A stretch of 59,547 bases of DNA, filler included. It is 4 parts of 4 records of this genome, joined end to end, with 100 filler letters (N's around TTAATTAATTAA, not from the genome) between each part and the next. Parts side by side here need not be neighbours in the genome. Positions count along the whole stretch, not along the records: positions 1 to 26,293 come from SRR31156797_13540; positions 26,394 to 37,875 come from SRR31156797_13541; 2 more parts are not named here. The stretch is one strand, 5' to 3'. The position numbers were made by a program, and so were the translations under genes. The notes under the pieces were generated by a model. It was not told where the DNA came from and did not search any database. It was given only the letters and a program-made list of their open reading frames with translations. Shown piece after piece: positions 21,812 through 31,565 of this stretch. Every line of letters starts with the position of its first letter. Positions within the stretch are counted from its first letter, which is position 1.

Positions 21812-22385
21812 TACGCCTAAAAGTAAATACAATATTATCAAAAGCATTGTAATCCTTTCGGGGATTACGATGCTTTTGTCTTGTGAGAACAGCATGAAAG
21901 AGGTGCAAAGTCTTACAAGTAATCAGAATATTCCTCTGCAAACCGGTAAAGAAGTAGAATACATTTTTACCGATTCAACCAGAATTCAATACAGAGCATA
22001 TGCTGTAGAATTTATCGAAACTGAAACGGAGGAAGGCAAAATCAATGAATTTCCTCGAGGAGGTAAAATTATTTCTTATGATACGGATGAGACTGTAGCT
22101 TGGCAAATAGAAGCAAATTATGCCAAAAATTATGGTGCCGAAGAATTATGGGAATTAAGAAATAATGTTGTTGCCCATAGTGATGATGGCAAAACAATCA
22201 ATACCGAATTGTTGTATTGGGATCAAAAAAAGAAATTGATTTATTCGAATCAATACACGACAGTTACAACCGAAGATGGTCAGGTGATAGAAGGAACTAG
22301 TTTCACTTCTGATGAAGAAATGAACGAAATCAGAATGAAAGATCTAAAAGGTGAAGTATATTTAGAGGATAAAACAGAGCAATAA
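21804..22385 (+). CDS. lptC: LPS export ABC transporter periplasmic protein LptC
   Basis: Lipoprotein-like LLSC, EFPRG, TELLYWDQ beta-jellyroll motifs; conserved gene order. Confidence 0.85.
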   Translation: MNSTPKSKYNIIKSIVILSGITMLLSCENSMKEVQSLTSNQNIPLQTGKEVEYIFTDSTRIQYRAYAVEFIETETEEGKINEFPRGGKIISYDTDETVAWQIEANYAKNYGAEELWELRNNVVAHSDDGKTINTELLYWDQKKKLIYSNQYTTVTTEDGQVIEGTSFTSDEEMNEIRMKDLKGEVYLEDKTEQ

Positions 22386-22427
22386 ACAGTAAAGCTTTTA
22401 TTATCTTGCCTACAAAATCCAAATAAC

Positions 22428-22631
22428 GTGAATCAAAAAGTCCCTTTTATTTTAGAAATTGTATGGCTGATCGTGATGATCAGTAGTGCCAGTGCTGCCG
22501 TATACAGAACATTCGAGAATGGTTTCTCTGAAAACATTATATTGTATGTTATCGCAATTCTTGCTGCATTAATGTACACTTCGAGAAGATATCTGAGAAA
22601 ATCAAGAGAGAAAAACCAATCTACTAAGTAA
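22428..22631 (+). CDS. Small two-TM hypothetical membrane protein
   Basis: 67-aa ORF with two hydrophobic helices and a basic tail; abuts the next gene. Confidence 0.6.
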   Translation: MNQKVPFILEIVWLIVMISSASAAVYRTFENGFSENIILYVIAILAALMYTSRRYLRKSREKNQSTK

Positions 22632-23891
22632 ATGAATGATCTAATCATCATTTTTTCTATGCTAGCCCTATCAGCCTTTTTCTCGGGAATGGAAATTGCT
22701 TTTATTGCTGCAAATAAATTACGAATGGAACTTGATAGAAGTAAAAACACTCTTTCTTCTAAGATTGTTTCCATTTTCTCTCGTTTCCCTGGTCATTATA
22801 TTAGCACCATGCTGGTGGGAAACAATATTGCCTTAGTTGTTTATGGTATTGTTATGGCAAAAATGCTAGAGCCATCTATTGCTCTTTGGGTTGAGTCCGA
22901 ATCCTTAATTTTAACAGTACAGACCATCATCTCTACCCTATTGATCTTGGTTACTGCCGAGTTTATTCCCAAAACTCTATTTCGTATCAATCCTAATTTA
23001 GCCTTGAATGTTTTTGCAATGCCGGTGATGTTCTTCTACATTGTATTCTATCCGGTAACAATAGTCACCATGCTATTGTCCAAAAATATCATTCACAAAT
23101 TATTTAAAACGAAAATTACCGAAGACGAGGAAACACAAGCTTTTGGGAAAGTTGATCTGGATCATCTGGTACAAGAAGGACAAGACACACAGGCTATTGC
23201 CGAAGATGACATGCACGACATCAAAATTTTCCGTAATGCTCTTGACTTTTCGAAAGTAAAATTACGTGAATGCATTGTTCCAAGAAACGAGATTGAGGCA
23301 ATGGAATTCACTAGTGAAATTGATGATTTAACTCAACGATTTATTGAAACTGGTTATTCTCGAATCCTGATTTACAAAGAATCTATTGACAATATTATTG
23401 GATACGTTCATTCATCCTTGATATTTAAGAAACCACAAAGTATAAAATCTGCCCTAAGCCGTATTATTTTTGTTCCTGAAACTATGGCAGCTCATAAGCT
23501 TTTAAATCTTTTTACTAAAGAACAAAAAAGCATTGCTGTAGTAGTAGATGAATTTGGAGGCACAGCGGGTATGGTGACTATTGAGGATATCATGGAAGAG
23601 ATTTTTGGTGAGATTGAGGATGAACACGACAATATCGATTTGGAAGAACAAGTGATATCTGAAACAGAATTCCTATTTTCGGGCAGATTGGAAATTGATT
23701 ATTTGAACGATAAATATGAATTGAACTTACCTGAATCAGAAGAATTCGAAACATTGAATGGATTCATTCTATTTAATCACGAAAGTATCCCAAAATACAA
23801 CGAAACCATTCGTATCGATCAGTTTAGTTTTAAAATTGTTGAGGTCAGCAACACTAGAGTTGAGAAGATTAAACTAACCGTTAATCCCTAG
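22632..23891 (+). CDS. Hemolysin/CNNM family protein (DUF21-CBS-CorC)
   Basis: SAFFSGMEIAF, EFIPK, GYSRI, VVDEFGGTAGMVTIEDIMEEIFGEI, CorC tail. Confidence 0.93.
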   Translation: MNDLIIIFSMLALSAFFSGMEIAFIAANKLRMELDRSKNTLSSKIVSIFSRFPGHYISTMLVGNNIALVVYGIVMAKMLEPSIALWVESESLILTVQTIISTLLILVTAEFIPKTLFRINPNLALNVFAMPVMFFYIVFYPVTIVTMLLSKNIIHKLFKTKITEDEETQAFGKVDLDHLVQEGQDTQAIAEDDMHDIKIFRNALDFSKVKLRECIVPRNEIEAMEFTSEIDDLTQRFIETGYSRILIYKESIDNIIGYVHSSLIFKKPQSIKSALSRIIFVPETMAAHKLLNLFTKEQKSIAVVVDEFGGTAGMVTIEDIMEEIFGEIEDEHDNIDLEEQVISETEFLFSGRLEIDYLNDKYELNLPESEEFETLNGFILFNHESIPKYNETIRIDQFSFKIVEVSNTRVEKIKLTVNP

Positions 23892-24124
23892 CTTCTACTC
23901 ATTGACTATCTGTTAATTAAGTCTAAATACAACTCTTTTAAAAGTTCGATAATAGTCAACAAAACACATTTCTGCAATTCTACTCATTTACAAGCTTTGC
24001 AAGTTAGAATTACCACTACTTTTATTTTACTATAAAAGCCAACAAACTGAGACAAATAAAAAGCAATCATTTCCCATTTTTTTGTATATTCGTAGCCTAA
24101 TTAAGAATATTTAAATCTTTTTCG

Positions 24125-26248
24125 ATGGCAACATTACAGAAAATAAGAAACCGTGGTGTATTTATTGGAATCATTATTGGAGGAGCATTATTTGCATTTA
24201 TTGCAGGTGACGCACTGAAATCGGGTGGTTCTTTGTTGACAAACTCACGAAATGAAATGGCAGAAATTGCAGGGGAATCGGTAAACATTCGTGATTTCCA
24301 AAATCGATTTAATCATAATATCGAAGTAGCAAAGTTGATGTCTGGTCAAACTTCAATTCCTTCAGAACAAACTGAAAGAATGAGAGAGCAAACCTGGCAA
24401 CAAATGGTGCAGGAAATGGTGATGAATCAAGAATATGAAGAGTTGGGAATTTCAGTTTCTTCAGATGAGTTGTATGATATGGTTCAAGGTAGAAACATCG
24501 ATCCTACTATCCGTCAGATGTTCCAAAACGAAAATGGAACTATCGACAGAGCACAGGTTGTTGCAACTCTACAAAACTTGATCAATGCTAAAGCAGGAAC
24601 TCCACAAAAAAAGTACTGGCTGAACATCGAAAAAGCAATGAGTACTCAGAGAACTTTAACCAAGTACAATTCCTTGATTCAAAAAGGTCTATACATGCCA
24701 AACGCATTGGTTAAAAATTTAGCTGAAAAAGGAAGCAAAAAAGTTGACATTAACTATGTTGTTAAAAATTACAACTTAATTCCTGATAGTACAGTTAACG
24801 TTTCTGATGCTGAAATTAAAGCATATTACAACGAGCACAAAGATTTATTTAAGCAAACAGAATCAAGAAGAATTGATTACGTTCCTTTCACTGTAGAGCC
24901 ATCAACAGATGACTACAAAGCAACTGAAAAATGGTTAGCTGATATTAAAGCTGATTTTGCTGCTGAAACAAACAACATTCAATTTGTTGAGTTAAATGCG
25001 GATAACGATTTCAATGCTTACTATTTCAAGAAAGACGAAATTACCAATAAGGATTTAGCTGAATTTGCATTTGCAGGTACTAAAGGTGATGTAACTGAAG
25101 TTTATTCTGAGAATGATACATACAAGCTTGCAAAAATCAACGAAGTAAAAATGCTTCCTGATTCGGTTAAGGCTCGTCACATCTTAATTCGTCCGGTTAA
25201 CGGAGATTACGCAGCAGCACAAGCTAAAGCTGATAGCTTAAAAGCATTGGTTGAAAAAGGATCTCGTTTTGATGACTTAGCAAAAGCTAATTCTGATGAT
25301 CAAGGATCTGCTGTTAACGGTGGTGATTTGGGTTGGTTTACTCAAGGTAAAATGGTTCAGCCATTCAACGATGCAGCTTTTAATTCTAAAAAGAACGAGA
25401 TTGTGGTTGTATTGACTCAGTTCGGTGCTCACGTTATCCAGGTAACTAAAAAAGGAAAAGCAGTTAAGAAAGTACAACTTGCTATTGTTGATCGTAAAGT
25501 TGAAGCTAGTAACAAAACCATTCAAGCTGCTTACGCATTGGCAAGAACATTTGCAGGTAACAATCTTGAAAGAGATGCTTTCTTAAAAGCTAGCTCGGAA
25601 CAAGGAATGCAAAAAAGAACTGCTAACCTAAAGAAGGATACTAAAAACATTCCAGGACTTGAAAACTCTAGAGAACTAGTTAGAGCTGCTTATAATACAG
25701 ATGAAATGGAAACTGTATTATTAAACGGTGATAACTCAGCAGTATTCGAATTTGGTGATAAATTTGTGGTAGCTATTCTTTCTGATATTAAAGAAGAAGG
25801 TTTCTCATCGGTTAACGATGTAGCCTCAACTATTCGTCGCGAAGTAAGAAAAGAGAAGAAAGCAGAAATGATGATTGCTGAATTGAAGAAAGCAAGTCAA
25901 GGTGCACAAAGTCTTCTTTCAGTTGCTACAAAAGAGAACTTAGAAGTTAAAAATGCTTCTGGCATTAGCTTCTCATCATTCCAGATTCCTGGAGCAGGTA
26001 TCGAGCCAAATGTAATTAGTACAGCAGCTCAAATCGAAAAAGGAAAAATATCTGAACCTGTTGAAGGAAATCAAGGTGTTTATGTGGTTGTAGTAACCAA
26101 CGAAAATACTGACGAAGTAACTGATGAAACTGTTAAAGCTTTTAAAGCAAGACTAGAACAAGGTTACCAATACCGCACAAACTATCAAGCATTCCAGGCA
26201 TTAAAAGAAAATGCTGAGGTTGTTGATAAAAGATATAAGTTTTACTAG
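24125..26248 (+). CDS. ppiD: Peptidyl-prolyl isomerase, PpiD/SurA-N type
   Basis: N-terminal TM anchor, SurA-like domain, parvulin motifs VKARHILI, GGDLGWF, MVQPFNDAAF, TQFGAHVIQV. Confidence 0.88.
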   Translation: MATLQKIRNRGVFIGIIIGGALFAFIAGDALKSGGSLLTNSRNEMAEIAGESVNIRDFQNRFNHNIEVAKLMSGQTSIPSEQTERMREQTWQQMVQEMVMNQEYEELGISVSSDELYDMVQGRNIDPTIRQMFQNENGTIDRAQVVATLQNLINAKAGTPQKKYWLNIEKAMSTQRTLTKYNSLIQKGLYMPNALVKNLAEKGSKKVDINYVVKNYNLIPDSTVNVSDAEIKAYYNEHKDLFKQTESRRIDYVPFTVEPSTDDYKATEKWLADIKADFAAETNNIQFVELNADNDFNAYYFKKDEITNKDLAEFAFAGTKGDVTEVYSENDTYKLAKINEVKMLPDSVKARHILIRPVNGDYAAAQAKADSLKALVEKGSRFDDLAKANSDDQGSAVNGGDLGWFTQGKMVQPFNDAAFNSKKNEIVVVLTQFGAHVIQVTKKGKAVKKVQLAIVDRKVEASNKTIQAAYALARTFAGNNLERDAFLKASSEQGMQKRTANLKKDTKNIPGLENSRELVRAAYNTDEMETVLLNGDNSAVFEFGDKFVVAILSDIKEEGFSSVNDVASTIRREVRKEKKAEMMIAELKKASQGAQSLLSVATKENLEVKNASGISFSSFQIPGAGIEPNVISTAAQIEKGKISEPVEGNQGVYVVVVTNENTDEVTDETVKAFKARLEQGYQYRTNYQAFQALKENAEVVDKRYKFY

Positions 26249-26263
26249 AGTATAGTAAAATCG

Positions 26264-26293
26264 AAAAAAAGCGAGATGAAATTTCATCTCGCT
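26264..26293 (+). terminator. Terminator hairpin after the PPIase gene, cut by the contig end
   Basis: AGCGAGATGAA-AT-TTCATCTCGCT. Confidence 0.6.
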
Positions 26294-26393
26294 NNNNNNN
26301 NNNNNNNNNNNNNNNNNNNNNNNNNNNNNNNNNNNNNTTAATTAATTAANNNNNNNNNNNNNNNNNNNNNNNNNNNNNNNNNNNNNNNNNNNN
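26294..26393. other. Artificial contig linker (Ns plus TTAATTAATTAA)
   Basis: 100-nt N spacer containing a six-frame stop sequence. Confidence 0.99.
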
Positions 26394-26394
26394 A

Positions 26395-26988
26395 AAGATA
26401 GATAACCTTGCAATGGTTCACTCGAGCTTAATAGCGTTAGTTGAATCAGAAGAGATCACTTCAACAAAACTTATCGCTTGCTTCGATAATGAAGAAGTAG
26501 GGAGCTCAACAAAACAGGGTGCCGGATCACCAATGTTAAGCTATATTTTAGAGAGAATCTCACTTGCTCTTGGTAAGGACAGAGAAGATTTCTTAAGAGC
26601 TCTTGCAAGTTCATTTATAGTCTCGGCTGATGGTGCTCACGCAGTTCATCCTAACTTCGCAGATAAAACTGATCCAACTAACAAACCTATGCTTAATAGA
26701 GGCCCTGCAATTAAACTATCAGCTAACCAAAGCTACACATCAGAAGCTTTCACATCAGCTTCTATCAAATTACTTGCTGAAAAAGCAGAAATCCCGGTAC
26801 AGTATTTCGTTAACAGATCAGATATGAGAGGTGGTTCAACAATAGGACCTATCTCATCAACAAATTTACCAATTAATTCTATTGATCTTGGCTTACCAAT
26901 GCTTGCTATGCACTCAATTAGAGAGATGTGCGGAGTTAAAGACTATGAGTTAATTGTTAAGTTATTGACTGCATTTTTTAGTTATTAA
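26395..26988 (+). CDS. apeB: M18-family (aspartyl) aminopeptidase, C-terminal fragment
   Basis: The frame is open from the contig edge (KIDNLAMVHS). FDNEEVGS, SADGAHAVHPN, GGSTIGP and LAMHSIRE motifs. Confidence 0.9.
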   Translation, partial: KIDNLAMVHSSLIALVESEEITSTKLIACFDNEEVGSSTKQGAGSPMLSYILERISLALGKDREDFLRALASSFIVSADGAHAVHPNFADKTDPTNKPMLNRGPAIKLSANQSYTSEAFTSASIKLLAEKAEIPVQYFVNRSDMRGGSTIGPISSTNLPINSIDLGLPMLAMHSIREMCGVKDYELIVKLLTAFFSY

Positions 26989-27011
26989 TAGTAAAACTAC
27001 AAATAATTTAT

Positions 27012-27050
27012 AGAGTTCCTATTCAATATTTTGAGTAGGAACTCTTTTGT
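27012..27050 (+). terminator. Intrinsic terminator after the aminopeptidase
   Basis: AGAGTTCCTATTCAA-TATT-TTGAGTAGGAACTCT followed by a T-run. Confidence 0.75.
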
Positions 27051-27246
27051 TTTTTGTTTGGTTTTATTTTTGTTGGTTTTTGAGCATTATTTGCATCTAA
27101 GTATAAGTTTTTAGGTTTTTTCTATTAAAATTATTAAAAATAAAACCACTAGCTATATATAGTCTATCCTCAAGAATATATTCATGTTAAAATTTTTATT
27201 ATTAGAATTTAAATCAAATAATTAAAATTCGAAAGGAAGGTTTTAA

Positions 27247-28311
27247 ATGATTGATTATTTAGCTGAATATTTTGAAGAAAATAATGTTAAGTTTTCTAAA
27301 CAATATTTGGAAAGACATGAAATTAAGGAAATCAGTGAAAAAAGAGTAAGTTTTGATACTTTACAATTTAATATGAATAATGAAAATAATTTTATACTAC
27401 TCTACCCTTATCTTCATAAAATAAATCAAAAGCTTTTAGAAACAAATTTGAATGTTAAGCAAATTAGAAAATTAAAGAAAGATAATTTAATTGGAAAATC
27501 TTTAAATGTAATTTTTGCCGAAGAAATACTTGAATTAGACCATCTTTTTATTGGTTATCAAGATCAGCAAGAATTTATAAAAATCGATATTAATAATTTT
27601 CTGAATAATATTGATTTTAAAACAAATAAAATTTCTGAAAATAGAAAATATAGAACAACAATTCGTGAGGTCTTTCCTGAAGGCGAAAAAGATAATTTAA
27701 AAAACCATACTAAATGTATGTTAGGTTTCAGCATTGGAAATGATGAGTTTAGAGGTGAAAAACTTTCTGCTATGTTTAAATACATAGATAAAAAATACGA
27801 AAAATGTAATGTTTTAATTGATGATTACCTATATAGAAATACTCTACAAATTTTAAATGAAGAATTGACAGAAACTGAAGCATTAAACAAGGGAGTTGAG
27901 CTTGGGGTTGAATCCGAAAATGCTATACTTGATTTTGCAAAAAAATCTTCAACTGAATTTATTCTTTCAAAGTCATCTAAACTAATCCAAAATAAAAAAT
28001 ACCATTACTATTTAGAAATATTTGAAAACTTAAATAAAACTAACATTAAATTTCATGAATCAGCTCTAAGATTTTCAGAAAAATTTTTAGCACGAAATTT
28101 CAAAAAAAATCAAAGAAACGTTAATCTTTCAATAAAGTATTTAGTCGAGGAATTAGCCTTCTTTGCTTTGTTATTAGAGGAAGGATATCATATTATGCTT
28201 TATCCAGGAGATTTAGAATGTTTAATTGATATAGCTAGCAATAAAATAGAAGGTGTGCCAGAAATATATGATAATTTTATTAAAGTAGTTCTTAAAAACT
28301 GCGCAAAATAA
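27247..28311 (+). CDS. tRNA-dependent cyclodipeptide synthase (XYP type) with about 130-aa YbaK-like N-terminal extension
   Basis: CMLGFSIGNDEF (GxS..N), NVLIDD, YLVEE (YxxxE) and LYPG correspond to the AlbC catalytic S37/Y178/E182/Y202. RBS AAGGAAGG. Confidence 0.82.
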   Translation: MIDYLAEYFEENNVKFSKQYLERHEIKEISEKRVSFDTLQFNMNNENNFILLYPYLHKINQKLLETNLNVKQIRKLKKDNLIGKSLNVIFAEEILELDHLFIGYQDQQEFIKIDINNFLNNIDFKTNKISENRKYRTTIREVFPEGEKDNLKNHTKCMLGFSIGNDEFRGEKLSAMFKYIDKKYEKCNVLIDDYLYRNTLQILNEELTETEALNKGVELGVESENAILDFAKKSSTEFILSKSSKLIQNKKYHYYLEIFENLNKTNIKFHESALRFSEKFLARNFKKNQRNVNLSIKYLVEELAFFALLLEEGYHIMLYPGDLECLIDIASNKIEGVPEIYDNFIKVVLKNCAK

Positions 28312-28326
28312 GTAGGAGGATAATTT

Positions 28327-29073
28327 ATGAGGAAAATTAAATTAAGAATCATCGTTCCGGCAAATACAAGTAATTTTAACAAATATATCTACGAGAGTGC
28401 TCTTTCAGTTATTCCTGACAATGTTAAGTTAGATATACGAAATATTGAAGGTGGAAATGATTGTATAGAATGCAGATTTCATCTTATGCTAAATGCTCCA
28501 CATTTAATTAAAGCAGTTAAAGAAGCTGAAAAAGATGAAATTGATGGAATATATGTTTCTGATATGGAGTTTTGCGGTGTTGAAATAGCAAGAGAAGTAA
28601 CAGATATTCCAATTATTGGAGGATTTAGACCCAGTGCATTAACTGCAATAGCATTAGCTCAAAAATTTTCTATCATAACAATAACAGAAAGTATTGTTGA
28701 TTATCAAATTGAACATATCAGAGCATTTGGAATCACACAAAATTTTGCTTCTATTAGAGCAACCCAAATACCTGTGAATGTTTTGGCTGGAATGTATACT
28801 AATGAAATTTATAAAACTTAAGTTATTGATAATGTCGTAAATGAGTGTCTAAAGGCAATAAAAGAAGATGGAGCAAACGCTATTATTTTTGGATGTACTG
28901 GTTTTGTAGATATAGCTGAAATTGTAGCACTTAGATTAAAAGAACGAGGTTATGATATTCCGGTTTTAGATCCAAATAAAGTTGCTATAAACTTTTTATA
29001 TACTATCATAAGTAATAAACTTAAACAAAGTAGATTAACTTATTTTAAACATGATTTAAATAACTCAAATTAA
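28327..29073 (+). pseudogene. Hydantoin/Asp-Glu racemase family gene interrupted by one in-frame TAA at 28819-28821
   Basis: N-part AREVTDIPIIG and KFSIIT. The same frame continues after the stop as VIDNVVNECLKAIKEDGANAIIFGCTGF...IPVLDP...LKQSRLTY up to TAA 29071-29073. Confidence 0.85.
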
Positions 29074-29107
29074 CACTGAAAATATTCTCGGGAGGAGTAA
29101 CTATAAC

Positions 29108-30175
29108 ATGCTTAACAGTTTTAAAAATTCACTAACAGAATTAAATATTCCATTTGAGGAAATATATTTTAATGAAAAAGACAAAAGAAGGTTTACAGAA
29201 GCAATCTTCAATTGTGTATTCTTATCATTCAACTCAAATGAAAAATTACAAAATTGCTTAATTTATCCTGTTTCAGAAAAACTAAATAAGGAACTAATAA
29301 TAAAAAATCTCAAAATACAACATTACAATTATGTAAGAAATGACTTTTATCAAAGAAGTATCTCTAAATTCTATCTAGCGAATAAAATTAAGAAAAACGA
29401 GAATATTTATGTTCATTTTCAAAAAAAAAATAGTTTAATAAAAATAAATACCTCTTTTTTATTTAAAAGTTCAGAAGTTATTTCTGCTGAAATTTCTTCC
29501 ATTAGAAAATACAAAACTACACTTGTTGAAATTTACCCAGAAACTTATAAGAAAAACATACATAAATTAGATAAATGCATACTGGGATATAGCGTTGGAA
29601 ATCCTGAATTTAAAACTGAAAAAATTATTTCTATGATTAAATACATTGAAAAAAGATTTAATAAATGCGTAATTTTAGTTGGAGATTCATTATATAGAAA
29701 CACAATTAAAATTAAAAGTGATAGTGATTTAAGTGATAGTGAAGCCTTAAAACTTGGAATTCAACTTGGAAATGACATTGAAAAAAATTTAAATAACCTT
29801 CTTAAAAACAGCTCAACCGATTTTGAAATTATTAAGTGCTCTAACTTATGTAATGAATCAAATTATTTTAAATATTATGATTCTTTTTTTCAATTGTATA
29901 AAACAAACAAGCAATTTCAAAATTCTGTTTTCTATTTTTGTAATAAATTTTTAGCAAGAAACTTCCAAAAAACAAACCGTAATTTTGAGTTATCATTTTC
30001 ATACTTAATTGAAGAACTTTCATTAATTGCGTGTTTGCTAGAAAAAGGTTACGAATTAATGCTATATCCTGGGGATTTAGAGTGTTTTAAAGATTTAGCG
30101 AATAATAAAATTTATGGAGTTCCACCTATTTTTGATTCCTTTATCAATGGTCGAATTCAAAATAGAAAGAAGTAA
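29108..30175 (+). CDS. Second tRNA-dependent cyclodipeptide synthase (XYP type) with a YbaK-like N-terminal extension
   Basis: CILGYSVGNPEF, VILVGDSLYRNT, YLIEE, MLYPGDLEC. Clear full-length paralogue of 27247-28311. RBS GGAGGAG. Confidence 0.82.
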   Translation: MLNSFKNSLTELNIPFEEIYFNEKDKRRFTEAIFNCVFLSFNSNEKLQNCLIYPVSEKLNKELIIKNLKIQHYNYVRNDFYQRSISKFYLANKIKKNENIYVHFQKKNSLIKINTSFLFKSSEVISAEISSIRKYKTTLVEIYPETYKKNIHKLDKCILGYSVGNPEFKTEKIISMIKYIEKRFNKCVILVGDSLYRNTIKIKSDSDLSDSEALKLGIQLGNDIEKNLNNLLKNSSTDFEIIKCSNLCNESNYFKYYDSFFQLYKTNKQFQNSVFYFCNKFLARNFQKTNRNFELSFSYLIEELSLIACLLEKGYELMLYPGDLECFKDLANNKIYGVPPIFDSFINGRIQNRKK

Positions 30176-30194
30176 CTTCTTTCATTTTTCAGAC

Positions 30195-30230
30195 TTCTGT
30201 TCATTAATTTGAATAGAAACTTTTTTTATT
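30195..30230 (+). terminator. Putative terminator after the second CDPS
   Basis: TTCTGTTCA-TTAATT-TGAATAGAA followed by ACTTTTTTT. Confidence 0.5.
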
Positions 30231-30338
30231 CTTTTGGTAGTAAAACTTTTAATTTACATATTATGTAAACATAATTGATTTTTGTATGTTTTTATTATAA
30301 TATTTAATAAGATACAAATAAATACTAGGAGGGGTAAT

Positions 30339-31538
30339 ATGAAAAAATTTGATACGGCGGGAATTAAATATATCACTTATGATGATCTAACTACAATTAT
30401 TTATGGTGCTGCATTTTTAGCTTCAGGCGGTGGCGGTGGATTAATTGACGCATTAAACTTACAAAAAGAATTGGTTTCAAAAAATGCTAAGATGAAAATA
30501 ATTGATTTAATAGATCTTGAAGATGAAAAAAGCTGCGCAATGATTCAAGGAATGGGTGCTCCAGCAAAATTAGCAGAAGGTTATGGAAAAACAGCTTTTA
30601 CTAATGTATTTAACGATATAAAGAAAAATAAAAAATATCAAAAATACCAGAATAGAGAACTAAAGTATTTGATTCCTATTGAAATTGGTGCTGTAAGTAT
30701 TTTAGTTCCTTTTTTAATTTCATCAAAAGATGAAACTATTGCGGTTATAAATGGAGATACTTGTGGAAGAGCAGTTCCTAAATTAAGTATGACATCCCTT
30801 AATATAAATAATGATTTTTCTATTTCACCTATTATTTTATCTAGCGATAATTTAGAGAATAATACTCACGAAACAAAGGAGATTGATGGTGATGTTTCCC
30901 CAGATGTTGCTGAATATTGGGCAAGAGATATACTTGATAAAAAAGAATGGAATGATGTTGCAGGCTTAGCATGCTATCAAGCTAAATCAGAAGAATTTAG
31001 AGATAGAGCTCTTTTTATTCACGATACTGTTAAATTAGCCTTTGATATCGGAACTCAAATTCAATCAAAAAGTTACAATGGTGTTTTGTCAGAACTAGAC
31101 ACAAATCATATTACTTATAAAATATTAGCTCAAGGAAAAATTACAGAGTATAAACCTAATAGTTCACAAGGAGGTTTTGACTGCGCAAGACTAGTAATCA
31201 CATCCAGTAATCCACCTTATGATAAAATTTACATCTATATATTAAATGAAAGTTTACTAGCATATAATTTTAGCCAAAAAAAAGTAATAGCTATGGCTCC
31301 TGATTCTATCAACTATATTTATTCGATTGATGGGCAAACAATTACAAATGCGGAAATAGCTGAAGCAAGATATGATACTAACAAAGAAATAACTATAATT
31401 GGGACTCTGACACGAAATGAGATGCAAAACAATAAGGTTTATTCACTATTTATTGACACTATAAATTTAGTTTTAGATCAATTTCCAAATGATAAAATTA
31501 AAAAGATTTCCAAATATACTCCTTTAACAAAACTGTAA
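30339..31538 (+). CDS. DUF917 family protein (S-methyl-thiohydantoin desulfurase-like)
   Basis: GAAFLASGGGG, GMGAP, PIEIGA, NGDTCGRAVPKL, GGFD, NE..L and APDSI motifs. ATG 30339 follows AGGAGG. Confidence 0.82.
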   Translation: MKKFDTAGIKYITYDDLTTIIYGAAFLASGGGGGLIDALNLQKELVSKNAKMKIIDLIDLEDEKSCAMIQGMGAPAKLAEGYGKTAFTNVFNDIKKNKKYQKYQNRELKYLIPIEIGAVSILVPFLISSKDETIAVINGDTCGRAVPKLSMTSLNINNDFSISPIILSSDNLENNTHETKEIDGDVSPDVAEYWARDILDKKEWNDVAGLACYQAKSEEFRDRALFIHDTVKLAFDIGTQIQSKSYNGVLSELDTNHITYKILAQGKITEYKPNSSQGGFDCARLVITSSNPPYDKIYIYILNESLLAYNFSQKKVIAMAPDSINYIYSIDGQTITNAEIAEARYDTNKEITIIGTLTRNEMQNNKVYSLFIDTINLVLDQFPNDKIKKISKYTPLTKL

Positions 31539-31565
31539 TTTAGATAACTATTTAAGGATGATTCT

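Noticed and set aside
26338-26349. TTAATTAATTAA palindrome (also in the other two gaps) as a biological repeat
   Set aside because: It is embedded in N runs and is an artificial six-frame-stop linker.
28819-28821. Alternative genetic code or Sec/Pyl recoding at the racemase stop
   Set aside because: The codon is TAA rather than TGA or TAG, and neighbouring genes on the same contig end normally at TAA.
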